Source: Octopus sinensis (Eukaryota). Taken from it: a stretch of DNA of 64,000 bases. The stretch's first letter is position 1, and each line of letters opens with the position of its first letter. The stretch is from positions 117,986,001 to 118,050,000 of the forward strand of contig NC_043001.1 in the NCBI RefSeq assembly GCF_006345805.1. Direction: 5' to 3'. Below the pieces are notes generated by a model, which did not search any database, was not told the DNA's origin, and saw only the letters and a program-made list of their open reading frames with translations. Positions 19,509-35,159 of this stretch are shown piece by piece. Both the position numbers and the translations under genes were made by a program.

Positions 19509-22500
19509 AGACAGCCGGCACATACCATTTCGCTAGCTACAGGGGGAGCACAGGATGACAGTCAGCCCAAACCGTCGCTATGCTGTATCTCTTCTTTCCT
19601 CTGTCTGTCTCTCTTATTAAGAAGATGTATGTATATTGTGCTAAGATTCGTTATCAAAAGTTATCCTTACTGAGAAGAAGCAGTCAAAAGCAACCACCAC
19701 ATACAATCACCAAACATCTCCACTACTTAACACCGTCCAAGTTAACCTGCTTCGCCTTTTCAGTTGACATAAAAAAGCGAGGAAAAGGCAATCATTTTAA
19801 TTAAGCAAAAGAAAAAGAGAAAAAATTGATTGCTATTAAAACGCGTAAAATTTTATCGTTAATAATCTTAATCTTTAGTTTCATTCAAACTATATAACAG
19901 GCAGAATTGTCGGATTAAGATAGTAGGGTGTTTTGAGGGAGATTTGGCTGCTGTTTCAACCAGGTCTAGCTACCATGTAGAGGACTCCCTCATTGGCTCA
20001 TACATATATACATATCGAAAAACATACTTAAAGCAACAGGCGTCAAATACAAAAGTCAAGGTCCATGCAGTGTCATGGGCCAAAAAAAATCTCCAACTTC
20101 ATGCCTGATGCGAGTCCAGAGCAATCTTTTATTTCTTACACTATTTCAGTAATACGTCTCTATTGTAATAATTTCAGTCTGAATTTTGACGTATGAGGTA
20201 TCAGAAGATTCAATACTATTTCAGGTACAAATTAAACTTAATTTCCATTCAGATATTTGCATTTCAAACATTTAAAATTATAATCTTTTTCATAAATCAA
20301 CGATCGTAAACATTTTATATGACGACGTCACATTTCCTATGTGTGTGTACCTTAAAAGACATCAGTCATCACGACACACACCTTCACTCACTCTATCTCT
20401 CTCATACGCACACACACACACACGTCCATTTCATATAGGCCTACATACATCTTTCACTTTCTTACTCTGCCCTTTTCGCTTTCTCTTTCAATTTCTGCTC
20501 ACTTCAAATAATTTTTTAAGGATACAACTGCTTACAAAAACAGGGATTAATGTATAATTTCTTTTTGTGTTCATAATTCTTTGTTTATAATACTGAAAAA
20601 AATATGTCACCAAAGAACAAACGCAATCTCTCCAGAAACAAGTATAAAGCAAGGAGGATTGTAGAAAACCGAAGGTGAGAGTCTGAACAGAGAAGTGAGA
20701 TGAGATTTTCTCAAGATCAGCAAATGCATGTTGCAGCACTTAATGCTGGATCATTAAATCAATGTTTTAATGATTAGACAGAGGTCCAGTAGAATAGCTC
20801 TCAGAAACAGACAAGAGAAACTGAAAAGATGCTGGCTGGACATCTAATAATAGTTTGAAAGACCGCTGGCTGAATGCACTATCAGAAACAGGAATCGAGG
20901 GAGAGAGATGCTGTATGCGTCGATGGTCCCCGACCCTCAGAAATGAGAAAGGAAATAGGTAAAGCAAGGCAATGTGTGTGTATGCTCGTGCACGTGTATA
21001 TATGTGCATATATATGTATATGCTTGTTTATATATTTACGTCTGTGTGTGAGTGTGCGCATAATATATGTGTGTGTATAATGTGTTAAGAGATACTAGGG
21101 ATTGGTGTGAATGGCAAAGTTGATGTTAAATGCCTAGGGGAGGGGATTATATAGGCAATGGTATTGTCACCAAGGTTGTTCATGAAAATTTTGAAATGAT
21201 AGGTGGAGCAACATTTTCTCCCCACGCCACACTCCTTCCCTAAAACCACACCCCCACCTCCATCCCTTTACACATCCAGCCAAAAGATTCTTTTGTGTTT
21301 TAAATGTCTGTTCCCTTTTTTCTTCACTTTTATTGCGGCAACTGTTGATGTCTCAAAGGGCAGATGAAGGCAGGTGTGAAGTGATGTGTGTGTGTATTCC
21401 CTGTTGCATCCTGTTATAATTAGTTATTTTGTGATAACTTGGCATGAATTGGAAGATAGGTGTGTCTGTGTGTTGTAAAGCAGTATTTGCTTTCTTTCTA
21501 TTCAAATATACAAATGGTGTGTGTGTGTGTATATATATATATTATCACCCATGTGGATCGTGATTGAAAAAAGGGGAAAATAATAAGATAGAGAAAATTC
21601 TTTAGCGTATTTATAATGTAACAGGATGTTTTGTGATTTTGTGCCCTTTTGGTTCATAAAAACATTGTTAAAAAACAATTATAAAGAAACTTGTATTGCT
21701 CACCACCAGCTTTTTTCGTTGTTTTTCTCACAATCTGCTGCATAGATTTATAGGTGTACCTCTATTTTTTTTCAAACGGTTCTCATGTTGTGTATACACA
21801 CACATGACTCATAATATTTATGAGTCACTGAAACACCTTTGTAAATGTAGACTTTGTTTCTTAACTTATTTAAAAATCCTTGAATGGGTCACCTTCGTCA
21901 TGATGTCTGTTACACTATAGCTGCAACCAGTTTACTTCGAAGGGAATATTCTAGTAAATAGTTTTATCAAACGACGCAATATTTTACGCGTGTCATGTTG
22001 GAAATCCTAAACTGATGAACAACAGATCAGCCCATAATGATATTCCCTTGACCTAAGCTTTATCGCCGTCTCAGTTTTTGATTTTTCCAGTTTCAGCTTA
22101 TGAGCTGTGGCCATGCTCATGTGAATTTTTTGAGAACATGTATGTGTGTTTATGTAATGTTTTTAGAAATATGTATTTATATAAACATATATGAATATAT
22201 GGCTGTGTATAACCTTTATAAACTACAAAAAAAAAAAAAAAAAAAACCCCGAGAAATAAACCATTTCAACACACACTTGTCTGTCATTGTAAGTATAGCT
22301 TATAATGAAAGAAGTTTGGCTGTTTTTATATTCATATACACTTTTATTATTTACTCACACTGACATTCCCTATCCTCAGTCACTGTATGTATTAGTGCAT
22401 GAAGCAATTCAAAATCAGCTCAGTCTTTTTCTTCTTGAGCTCCAGTTGGAAGCATTCATTTAATGATACTTTTGAGGCACATAATGTTGTTGTTTAACTC

Positions 22501-24379
22501 CAGATCAAATTTTTATGAAGTCCACTTATAATGGAAGACGTTTCATAGGGACCCTCTGGTTTTTGTACATATTTGTGTTTTCTTTCTTTATTCTAAGACT
22601 GCTGTTTTAAACAGGCTGAACCACTGCCCAGTGGTTCCAAGTTACTTGACCATATAATGTAGAGAGGAACATGGAAGATGATTGATCTGAAGACTCTTAA
22701 AAGCCCATGCTATTAATTTTCCTTATGTCAATGTGTTTCAATTTAGCTTCTATTATAATACCTAGAAACACTACAGAATACATAAAACACGGGTGCGCTT
22801 GTACTGTGAGCATTTAAAGGTTAACCAGTGTGCCACCATGGGATGGTGTGAAACAGCGATAAATCCAGTGGTATTCATAAGGAGGATGGTAGCAGCAGCT
22901 TAGACATTACTATTCCAGTATATATATATTTCTTTACTGCCCGCAAGGGGCTAAACAAGGACAGACGAAGGGATTGAGTCGATTAATCGCCCCCAGTGCG
23001 AAACTGGTACTTTATTTATCGACCCCGAAAGGATATAAATACTGAAACTATGGTTTCAGTATTGTTTCTCTCTCTCTCTCTCTCTTCAGATCACTCACAT
23101 TCTGTATCACCCAATCTGCCACATTAAATAGATATGTCATATTGATGTGCGAAAATATATATATATAATTGGCATCATTGTTTTTATGTTCACTTTTTCC
23201 ATCCTGATATGTCTTTAACTAGAATTCTTTGAAGCAGTGTTCTTCAGCTGAATGCCTTTCATGTTGCTAACCTTTACCTTTCTTTAAACAAGCCACTTTT
23301 ATTCCACTTGTCTTCACATGTTGAAACTGCTGGTTGTAGTGTAGTAATGTAGACGTGACATTGCTACCATTCAAATATCCAAGCGTGAAGACATGCTAGG
23401 AGATGAAAAAATTTACACACACACATTGTGCGTACGTACACACACATTGAACAGCCGTCTGCACAATTTCATATACCAGTTTGACGTAGAAAGCATGGCT
23501 GTAGTAGAAGATACGTGCTCATGGTTCCACATGTGAGAATCAAAACCACATGGTTCAAATGAGAACGTCTTAATCCACATAACTCATAGTGTGTGTGAAT
23601 TTATATTTAATGAGGATGGTGAAGCTCTGATAAAATGACATTAAGATATAACGTTAACCCGAAGTATACCATCTGATATGTGCCACTGTTTCAAGACACT
23701 AGGCTGTCAAGAGAGGTCGATTTTAGCTGTTATTTTTCTCAGCTTGAATGTACAACCAGTGTGTGTGTATCAGTATTTACCGATTATGTACGTGTGTTTA
23801 TACGTTGTTAATGCAAGGAAATAAACAGTGACAGAACGTGATATGTCACTCTTGACTCTTCGATATCACCTGTGTACAACAGCCAGCCACGTATTGCTTG
23901 TGGTAGAGATACCGTATCAGTCAATATGTGCAGTTTGGACCGAATTGAAAAGTTACACTTACGCCTGTATAGCTTTTGCTATAACACACTCTGTAACTAA
24001 CGAAAATGTTTTTTTTTATAATACAAGTTATATAATAAGTACTAGTGTAACTGTATACACATTTTTTCTGGCAAGACTTCCTTTTGTACCCTCTCCAAAA
24101 CACCACTTTTTTTATTTAATATTTTTTTTCTACACAAACCCCCGTTTTCACCTATGGAGAATACGAGCCTGCAACAAAATTTGGGAAAAAAAATCAGCAT
24201 TTTTAAATTACACCCACCCCCCCACTAAAATTCATTATCAACTTTCAACTTGTCTTCTTTTCCCATTGACTCTTCTTTATAGGACATTAGTGCTGAGGTT
24301 CTGTGACCTAATGACATGCCCAAAATTCTGCAGCCTTTTCTTTCTAACAGTTGCCAAAATTTCTCCTTTTGTTATTTCC

Positions 24380-24990
24380 TCAAATACAGGCTTGCTCAAT
24401 GGTCAGTCCAACTGATCCACAGTACTCTTCAGTCACACTGAGTTTGGCAATGACATTTGCCCTTAGGGCCCTGCTTTCACCAGCATACAATGCAACAGGC
24501 CAAACTAGTGTCTTCAGGAGCTTTTAATTTAATGTTCTTGTTAAGAGCTGTCTTTTTAGATTGCATTGAGTAATTTTTAAACTGACCTTGCAGCCCCAAA
24601 CCATACTCTTATTTCATGACCTCTGTCTCTTGATTGTCCAATATTGGGCACCCAGATATCTGAGTTGGGTGACGATTTTCTAAAGTAAGTTCCTTGGCAT
24701 TGGATGTTGAGTTACTCTGGTGTTTTTATCACTGCTCTGACTGTTGTCTTCCTTGTACTGATTTCTAGCCAGTATTTGAAGCACATGGGTGAAACAAGAC
24801 AACCTTGACAAACTCCTTTCTTCATACAGAACTATCTATATGTTCCTTCTCCACTCTGAAGGCTGCTTGTTGGTTCTTGTAGAGATTACGAAATAGAGTG
24901 ACAGCTTTACTGTTCACACCCATCCTTTTCAAGATGAACAAGAGGGATATATGTCGCACTGAGTAGAATAGTTTTTTGTAATCTATAAAG
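24380..24990 (-). mobile_element. Degenerate LINE reverse-transcriptase fragment
   Basis: IAFIDYKKLFYSVRH..LL.ILKRMGV...V.LFRNLYKNQQAAFRVE in ORF 24822-25052. Confidence 0.6.
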
Positions 24991-26329
24991 GCTATGGATA
25001 AAAGGACACACACACACACACACAGATATATATATATATAGAGAGAGAGCAATTATTGCCATCATTTAATGCCCAGCTCCCATGTACATATGAAAAAAAA
25101 ATAATATATATAAACCTACAAGAAAATTCCATAGTAGATTACATATATATGTATGGGAAAGGCATCCAGCTGTAGAAACCATGACAAAGTAGACACTGGA
25201 GTATGACATATTCCTCAAAGAATGTCATACTAAAGAACTCTCTCTGACTTATAATATTTCCAGTCATTAACCAACCACTTTACAGAATGTGCTGAGTGCA
25301 TTTTGTTGTGGAACCAGTAGAAGAGAGGTTGTCTTGTCCTATTTAAAAATATAGCAACTTCTCTATTCTATAATGTCTCTGTGCATTTAAGATGTTTTGA
25401 GCTTTCAAAGAAAGAGGGAGCAGACTTGAATAAAATTATACTACTTTTAAAAATAATAAAACAAATATGAGATATCAGAGAAGTGAAATAATGCATTAGT
25501 CTCAAACAGAAGATAAATAGACCAATTGTGGATGAAGAGTAGGAGAGAAAGAGAAGCCTTCAGAAAGAAGATATAAGAAAACATAGCCCCTCACATAAAA
25601 AAAAAAAAAAAAGATGGATGGTCACAACTGAAAAGCTTTCACCATTCTGCTTAATCAGGTTTGACCTTGGGCTAAATAACAACTTTGTTTTCAGTGAACA
25701 AGAAATCCTCTATTTTCCTCTGTCCTATATCAATCACGTGTTCGTCTCGCTAGATCATGGGTTTGATTCCTAGACTTGGTGATGCATTATGTTCTCAAGC
25801 AACACCCTTCATTTCACATTGCTCCAGACCCCACTTTTGATCAACATGGAAATAAGGCCTGCTCGCCTGGCCAGCTGGGTGGCATCATTTGAAAGCTAAA
25901 ATGATGCAATGTGCATCGTGACCAATGATGTGTAACGACATCTGATAGTTTGGTCGGTCACGTGATCACATGTCTGTATATGTATACACACACACACATA
26001 TATATATATATAACAGGCAGAGAGAGACAGATATACTAGCATACATTTAATCATGTTACGTCTATGTGTACGTACATACAAAAAAGAAGAAACAGAAAGA
26101 GATTTTAAATGGCTGACACAGAATTAAGAAGCCTGAATTGTTGTCCTGGAGGCAGCAGCTATACAAGCTACACCTGGTTATACCCTGTATTCTACTTTGA
26201 CTTCATCTTTCTAGTGATGGAGATTTATTAGAAAACAAACTACGATAAGGGAGGGAGCAAATGAGGAAGGAAGGAAAAGAAATGAAATGCTTAATATAGC
26301 AGACTAACACAAATAATATCTGCGCCTGG

Positions 26330-26566
26330 CCCCGTGCCGGTGGCACATAAAAAGCACCATCCGTTTGTAGTCATTTGCCAGCTCTGTCTGGCACGTAAAA
26401 AGCACCCACTACACTCACGGAGTGGTTGGCGTTAGGAAGGGCATCCAGCCGTAGAAACACTGCCAGATTTGACTGGAGCCTGGTGCAGCCTTCTGGCTTC
26501 ACAGACCCCAGTGGAACCGTCCAACCCATGCTAGCATGGAAAGCAGACGCTAAACGATGATGATGA
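26330..26566 (+). mobile_element. High-copy RTE-3'-tail/SINE-like repeat ending in (GAT)n; further copies at about 27790-28110 (-), 28820-29255, 29860-30330, 30990-31170 (-), 31440-31620, 34860-35080 and 45790-46120
   Basis: Shared GGCACGTAAAAAGCACC..GGTTGGCGTTAGGAAGGGCATCCAGC..AACCCATGCTAGCATGG..AAACGATGATGATG; the same sequence forms the tail of the RTE at about 44870-45247. Confidence 0.8.
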
Positions 26567-29399
26567 AATATAAAAGAGGAGAGGAGGGGACAAATAATTT
26601 CCTGAAAGAACATGGGAAGGTGAGGGCAGCAAGGAGAGAAGTGAGAATGAAATACATGTAGGGAAAATTAAGAGAAAGTGATGATAAAGCTAAAAGTGAG
26701 AAATCATCAAAGAGAAATGAAAGTGAGAGTGCTTATCCTGAGGATAACTATATTTAAAAAGTAAGGAAAAATGCTGAGGGTGAGCAAGAGTAAACTTGAA
26801 GAAACACTGTTGTAGTTATTACTACATGCACACACATTGGTTTGGTTGTTTTACATTTGTTTTCCTATGTTGGCAAAGATTGAACTTTTACTCCTTTGAG
26901 GTGGTATTTTGAATGCTCTTCCTGTCACAAACCCTTACTGCTTTTATAAGTTTGTTTTTTTTTATCCCACTACTTCAAGATTGTGTAACAAAGGGACATA
27001 ATGCTCACAAACAATGTAAAAACACATCATTCATTTTTGTTGTGCTGATTTCATAAAAGAAGAAAAAAGACATTTTCATTACACATACACACATTTATAC
27101 AACAAATTTTCATAAAGTTCCCATCTACCAATTCACTCACAGACCATTAGTCAGCCTAAAGCAATAGCAGAAGACACTTGTCCAAGGTGCTATACAGTGG
27201 GACTGAATCTAAGTGGTTGCAAAGCATACTACTTAATAACACAGCCACGTCTATATGCAAGTATGCATACACACACATATACATACATAGTAAATAGAAG
27301 CATACACCAGGACAAAAAGACATACAGTAATAATCTAAGCCAGAATTTAGCCACACTGTTAAGTAAACAGAGGTTTTTCTCAATGTGGCTACAAGAGGAG
27401 ATTGATCAATCAAGCTTCAGCATTTATTAACATCATATCTATTAATTATTCCTGTCTACAGCAGCCTCTAGCTATTCATAATGTATGTAAACTTGGACAG
27501 AACTAAACTCATCTGCCTATTTTGCCTAATAGTACAAACATTGACAATACGAATTAATAAGTCACTATATAAGGCCAGGAATGTGATAAGCCAGTAAGCC
27601 AATGATATCAACCCAAATACCTGACTGGTATTTTTCTTTTAACTCTGATGGAATGCCCTTTTGTCAACAACTCTCACATGTTTCAAAGCCAGACAATCTT
27701 TCACAGAATACTGAAAATGAATGACACTGCTTATATGACAGGGACCATGTAATGTCAAAACAAGGAGATGCAAATATGCACACACTCACATCATCATCAT
27801 CGTTTAACATCCGTTCTCCATGCTAGCATGGGTTGGACGGTTCGACCGGGGTCTGGGAAGCCAGAAGGCTGCACCAGGTTCTAGTCTGATCTGGCAATGT
27901 TTCTACAGCTGGATGCCCTTCCTAATGCCAACCACTCTGTGAGTGTAGTGGGTGCTTTTTACGTGCCACCTGCACTGGTGCCAGGCGAGGCTGGCATCGG
28001 CCATGATCGGATTGGTGCATTTTACGTGCCACCTGCACGGAAACCAGTCGAGGCGGCAATGGCTTCGGCCACGATTCGGATGGTGCTTTTTACGTGCCAC
28101 TGACACGGAAGCCACATACATACATATACATGTTTGTGTATATATACAGTGCTCAAGCATGGCCACAGTCATATGACTGAAACAAGTAAAAGAATAAATA
28201 CATACACACATGCAATGATAGGCTTCTTTCGATTTCTGCTCACAAGACTTTGATTAGCCTGAGGAGTGACACACTGAGGATTGAATATGAAATTACATAC
28301 GTGGCTGGGAAACAAACTTTTCAATTATATGCACAAGCCCACACCTAAAATACAATATTAGTGGTTCACAGGTTTTTGTTCTGTACTAGTATGGATTCAT
28401 ATTTACATAAATTCTGTTATGTGGGTGTGGTGCACATGTATGTACTTACAGGTGTAAAAGGGTGCACCAAGTTTCATATCTTTACATCTACTTGTTTATG
28501 CAATAAATAACAATTGATGAATTATGCACTTGAGTGAGTTACCAAGTCTCTTGCAACCAGTTGATGTAAGTTGTTTAACAACCTGAATACACAAGAGCAA
28601 TAGTAAAGAAAACCCAGCAGTTGTTCGTGACAAAGTTTGCATTGATATCATGTTCAAAAAAATTGTCAATCGTAAACAAATAATGAAGAGTTCAAAAAAA
28701 TAGGTTAATCACAAGTGGAACATCTTTGACCATGAGTCTGTTAAATCAGGACTGATGTAGGGTTATACAATAACAATTATCTACGTCTTATGACAGAAAT
28801 ATTTTCTGTTAACAAACTTAGTACGTAAAAGCACCATCTGTTCGTGTTCGTTGCCAGCCTCGCCTGGCCCCGTGCCGGTGACACGTAAAAACACCATCCG
28901 TTCGTGGCCGTTTGCCAACCCTGTCTGGCCCCCATGTCGGTGGCATGTAAAAGCACCATCCGTTCGTGTCCGTTGCCAGCCTCGCCTGGCCCCGTGCCGG
29001 TGACACGTAAAAGCACCATCCGTTTGTGGCCGTTTGCCAGAGCTCTGTCTGGCACCTGTGTGGGTGGCACGTAAAAAGCACCCACTACACTCACGGAGTG
29101 GTTGGCGTTAGGAAGGGCATCCAGCCGTAGAAACACTGCCAGATCAGACTGGGCCTGGTGCAGCCTTCCAGCTTCACAGACCCCAGTTGAACCGTCCAAC
29201 CCATGCTCGCATGGAGAACGGACGCTAAATGATGATGATGATGATGATGATGATGAGTACAGGAAATAAAAAATGACAGGATCAGATAAAACAACAGCAA
29301 TATCTTATTGGTACTTACCTTACCAGTATTAAATGGGTAAAAATCAAAATGATTTCCAGTGTGAAACAGAAAATAGTTAGGAATTAATGCTGATGCACA

Positions 29400-29830
29400 C
29401 AGAGGCAGATTGTATGATGTTGGTGTGTGAACAGCCATGCTGCATGGCAATGAAACATGGGCTGTGACCACTGATGACATGCATAGGCTTCAAAGAAATG
29501 AAGCTAGTATGCTTCGCTGAATGTGCAATGTCAGTGTGATGTATGACAGATTGTAAGCATCCTGAGAGAAAAGTTGAGAATAAGAGGCATCAGATGTGGT
29601 GTGCAAGAGACAACTGCACTGGTATGGTCATGTGATGCATATGGATGAGGACAGCAGTGTAAAGAAGTGCCAATCTCTAAATGTGCAGGGAACTTGTGGA
29701 AGAGGTAGAGCCAGGAAGACATGGGACAAGATGGTAAAGCATGATCTTCAAACATTGGGCCTCACGGAGGCAATGACAAGTGACCAAGGCTTTTGACAAT
29801 ATGCCGTGCCTGAGACGACTTGTCTAGCCA
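29400..29830 (+). mobile_element. RTE LINE 3' coding fragment
   Basis: RQLHWYGHVMHMDEDSSVKKC...GTCGRGRARKTW matches the end of the RTE ORF at 43527-44681. Confidence 0.75.
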
Positions 29831-30026
29831 AGTGAAATCATAGTCATGGCCAATACTGGTTCTCACATAACTGGCACAGAAAAGAACCCTTTGCCTGCAA
29901 CAGGTAAAAAGCACCCATTACAGTTTTGGGGTGGTTGACGTTAGGAAGGGCATGCAGCCATAGAAACCATGCCAAACCAGACTGGAACTTGGTCAAGCTC
30001 TCCAGCTGACCAATTCCACTCAAACC

Positions 30027-30259
30027 TATTTCTTTATTGCCCACAAGGGGCTAAACACAGAGGGGACAAACAAGGACAGACATAGGTATTAAGTCGATTA
30101 CATCGACCCAAGTGCGTAACTGGTACTTAATTTATCGACCCCGAAAGGATGAAAGGCAAAGTCGACCTCGGCGGAATTTGAACTCACAACGTAACGCAGA
30201 CGAAATACCGCTAAGCATTTCGCCCGGCGTGCTAACGTTTCTGCCAGCTCGCCACCTTA
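30027..30259 (-). mobile_element. tRNA-like SINE (same family as 8605) with a 15-bp TSD, nested in an RTE-tail repeat
   Basis: TSD AATTCCACTCAAACC at 30012-30026 and 30260-30274. Confidence 0.85.
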
Positions 30260-33200
30260 AATTCCACTCAAACCATCTTACCCATGCCAGTATGGAAACC
30301 AGATGCTAAATGATGATAATGATGATGATTACTGAGCCCATCATCTAGACACCACTTATAAGGATAATTCCCAACATAGGCACAAAGTCATATAAATTTG
30401 TAAGGAAGAGATACAATTAATTGAACTAATTAACGATTATGTTTTACACATTGAAATAACAAATGTCAAAAAATCAACTATGACAATAATTAAACTCAAG
30501 ACAAAGAAATTAATAGCTAAATAGTGTTTGATAATGATAAAAATAATGATACTCTCTTTGACATTTTATTACTGATTATTAACAAGACTTGAATAAGACA
30601 TGAATAATGATTTTTAACATAGGTGCAAAGCTGCAAACTTTGGAAGAATATACAATCAAATCAATAACAGTATTTACTAGTATTGTATTTTACTGACCAA
30701 GGAAAACAAAGTTGACTTTGACAAAATTGAGCTCAGAATATAAAGCCCTGTAGCTAAAGACCACTTCAGTGTACAAATATTACGAATAAAAGACCACCTC
30801 GGCATACAAATATTATGAATAAATAGAATTAAGATAACAATGTTTCTTACAAGCTCATCTGTGATGGTTTTCCAGGCAAGAATATGTTAGACTATGACAC
30901 AGCTTGACTTAGTGACATGTGAAAGGAACAGCTCACAACCTTAACTTGCTAAAAGATTTATTTTGATTTGAACATGATCGTCACATTTCATCATCATCAT
31001 CATCGCTTAACATCTGCCTTCCATGCTGACATAGCTGGAATGGTTTGACAGGAGCTGGGCAGACAGAAGCCTGCACCAGATTCTGCATCTGTTTTGGCAG
31101 GATTTTGACAGGTGGATGCCCTTCCTAACACCAACCACTCAGCAAAGTGGACTTAGTGCTTTTTTCGTGGCACAAGCACAGGCGATGTTCTGGCACCTCA
31201 TCACCACTACATTTACCTCCCTTTGCTGCACCACTCCAGCAACCCCCTCCCCAGCTTCTTATAAAATTCAAAATAGCCATGAATTTTCTCCACAATAAAC
31301 TTGTCCTTAACCCAACTTCTTCCATAATAAACTAACTTCTCAACACCTCACATAAAGTGACACTATCGCCTGTTTTCCCTTTCAGGAAAAGGTGAAGATG
31401 CCTTGTAACTTACTTTGCAAATGACAAGGCAACCTCACTTGTGCTGGTGCCAAGAAAAACGCACCCAACACATGGTTGATGCCAAGAAGAACTCCCAACT
31501 ATAGAAACCATACCAAAACCGAGATAGTGAAGCAAGTCATGGTTCTTCAAACTGTTGGATTCTGTTTAACTGTCCAATCCATGCTAGCATGAAAAGCAGA
31601 AGTAAAAATGATGACAATGACATTCTTAATGAGTTTACCCTGTGATATTGAAGGGAAGAGGCCTGAAGAGAAGAAGAAGAAAAAATGAATTTGCTGCTAA
31701 CTTTTTCTCTCTTTTTCGTTTCAATCTGACCATTTCCCTGGTATTCAATACCAACATGAGCATAACAATGAAAATAATAAAAATAAACTAAAAAACTAAA
31801 GGCTGCAATCCCCATAAGCTGTTGTTTTAATACTAAACAGTTATAAATATGCATGGTTGTTCAAATAAGATATTGAAAACAAAATCTCGTTTTTCTACTT
31901 AGATATTATGCTACCACTATTTCTAAATTGCTTGCCTCAAAATAACTAGTTACACACACAAAAAAAAGAAGTTACCTCTTCTAAATTAAATATTCATAAA
32001 ACACCATTGTTTCTTCCTTTCTTGTTTCAAAATGAAACTTTCTGATGTAACTCTCATCTAATCCAGATATGTACCAAAATAACTGAAAACTCAGAGCTCA
32101 GATTTCTCTTTGGGTTCAAATTTTATGCAGGGTTGCCATCCACTTATAATGTACTACAAAGAATCAATGCTCCAATTTAATTCATATTGTTACATTGGAT
32201 CTTGTAACTATCTAACCTCTGGATAAATTAACAGTTTGAACTGAGTAACAAACTGGACAGAAATTTTTTTTTAACCACCAAATTGTGCACACACAGTCTA
32301 ACATTATATAGCATTAAACCAAATTGAAGTATGATATACAAGTTTGCTTGATTGTTATGTCATTCCTGTGGTTGGTCAGCTGGCTTATCAAGCAAACCTA
32401 AATTTAGGATATTCAAAATCAAATGGGGGTACTGTTTTTTCATTTCACCTTTGAGTGGGTGATGTTAGAAATTGCATCCAACAGTAAAACAGCTGCCCCA
32501 AAATATTTCTGGAATCCTCTAGTGTATGCTAGTTTGGTAAAACACATAAAATTGAAAGTAAAAGAAAAAAAAAACTATTATTTTACGGCTTTGATTTAAA
32601 GTTTATAGATATCACAAAAATATTAAAAAAGACAAAACATTTATTACACTATATCTCAAGCACTCATCCACTTTCAGTTTAAACCAGACAGACAACCCAC
32701 ATCTTCTGAGAAACTATTTAAATAAAAATCACTCAGATCTATTTTAAAATAAGATATTGCAGCTGGAAATAATGTATATAGAAAGAAAGGTTTTAAAATA
32801 TATATATATATATCAAAACAGATCTAAGGCAAAAGAAAACAATAAAAAGATGTAGAAAAAATATCATTATTATTATTATTATTATAGCCACTATCATTGC
32901 TACAATCATTTTTATTCAGCTTCCAAAAAAAATTTTTTAAGTTACATGACACAAAATAAGGAAATTCTGAAGAATGTTGTTACAATTTAAAATATGTATA
33001 TTTTTCTACATAAACTCACTTTAATAATCTAAAGTACATGTATTTACATGCCTACTTGTATATGTGTGTAATGTCAACATTTTTTTAAAACACACATTGC
33101 ATTTAATTCATCAATCTTTTTAGAAGATTCATGCATCAAAAGATTCTATAAAATTGGAAAATCATTTCAAACATCTATGATTATTTTCCTTCATTACACT

Positions 33201-35159
33201 TAGGAAGAGTAAGCCGAGTTATCAGAGAGGACAGTGGGAGAGAGAGGTGATAAGAAGAAAAAGACAAGAAAAGAAAAAGACAACACTAGGAGTAGAAATG
33301 AGGTGAACATATCAGTGCTGATAAGGGACACCTTCCAAGACACACCAATTAGCAGTCTTTGTCACCACCAATTGGCACATCACAAAACATGCCTACTCTT
33401 TACAAAAGCACTCTAAAAATAATTGAGGGAGGAAAAAAATTAACAAAACAAAACATAAATTAAATTAAGATAAATATAAATGAAAATCTATTTGCAAAGG
33501 GAAAGTGAGAAAAATTGGAAGATGCCTCAAGGGGAGAAATATTTAAAAGGGCTACTAAGTATTCAGGGAAGAACAGAGTAAGAAGTTGAAAAATATAGGT
33601 TAAATTAATAGAAATCAAACAAGACTCATTTTGTAAAAGAAGAAAAGTGTGTTGAAGTCACAGACCAAACCTTTGTTTCAAAGATACCGTTTCCTTGTTT
33701 CATTTTTCTTGCCTTTTTCATTTTAAAACAACAGACACCAACTAAATTGGCAGCTATTATGATCAATGCTAAGCTAGATTAAGGTGAGACAATGCAGACA
33801 GCAAATGAGAAATCAAAGAAACAACAATTTCTTGAAATGAAAACAGAAACAAAAGAGGCAGATGAATAAATATATCAAGAGATATAATGAATAAATAAAT
33901 ATATAAATAAATCGAGTGAAGAATAATATTCCACCTCAAGGAGAAATCAGTAAGACAAAAGACGAAGCGGCGAAAAGGAGGGAAGGAAGATGAAGATAAA
34001 GAAGAATAAGGAGATGAAGAAAAAGAAGACAATGATTGGAATTGTTTTGTTTTTTGTCACATAGGCATATGAAAAAGGGATATTTAAGGGATATGAAAAA
34101 GGAAGTTGTGATGTAAATAAGGTAATAGTAATAATAACAATAGGGTGCTTATCTTTTGGTTATTGCAATATTCTTAAAAAGTGCTAGGGCTTTACAGATG
34201 AATTCTAAGGAAAACTAAGAGAAAATGTAAAAGAGGTCTTTAAGTTAAAACATATTCTACAATGTAGGAATCAATGCAAAGAAGTTTCCTTAACAAACAG
34301 CCACAAGAGAATCCACTGTTCTTTTGTTTCATTCTACTGATATGAAAGACACATTACAACAAAGTCAAAGATTTCAACAACCACAACTATTACTGCATTT
34401 TTCCACTCTTAATATAACATTCATACTATAAAATTTACTTCCCTTTCAAACACAGAAATCCATCTTCAACAAGATGTCTATCTCTTTCACATACACTCAC
34501 TGTTACATGCATATACACACTTAAGAACATGCAGTACTCATTCACACAAGATAGAGAGGAGTTAAAACAAAATTACTGGTAGTCGCGGTCTCAAAGCGAT
34601 GAAAATATCTTGACAAATTAAATTTAAATGTTGAAGTGAATCTAACGGTTTTGTGTGTTTCTTAAATGGCTTATAAACACCTTCCACGCTGCAATTGTTT
34701 TCGTTCCAGCACACGATCTCAGATCAAGTCACTCGCTATGTAAGTACATCTCCGTAAAACTGGTAATATGTTCTTAGGTAAATACTGTAGAGATCAAAAA
34801 GACCCATCCCCCACAGCAGACGTGTTAAGGCTGCTCCACCTGATGAAGTGGATTAGCCTGCAAGAGTCTTGTGCCAGTGCCATGTAAAAACCATTCATGC
34901 AGGTGCTACATTAAAAGTACCCTGCACACACTGCAAAATGGTTGGCATTAGGAAGGGCATCTAGCTATATAAACCAAACCAAATCAGACTGGAACCTGGT
35001 GCAGTTCTCTGGCTTGCCAGCTCTAGTCACACTGTCAAACCCATGCCAGCATGATAAGCAGATATTAAAGGATGATGAAATTCCTTGCTAAAACTCCACC
35101 AAACTTTTGGCTACCATGATAAGGTATGCCCAACATAACTGATAATCAAACAAGAAATG

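Noticed and set aside
20585-20760. Basic MSPKNKRNLSRN... reading resembling a Helitron protein N-terminus
   Set aside because: Too short and interrupted, with no termini identified, so it is not called as a feature.
23828-24415. 195-aa ORF
   Set aside because: No recognisable motif, non-ATG start, low-complexity AT-rich translation.
33455-33495. Minus-strand AG|A-FSFIFILI* as the NUDT21 last exon; also acceptors near 48059 and 47767
   Set aside because: Poor match to the conserved FNFIYN ending and weak or ambiguous splice context.
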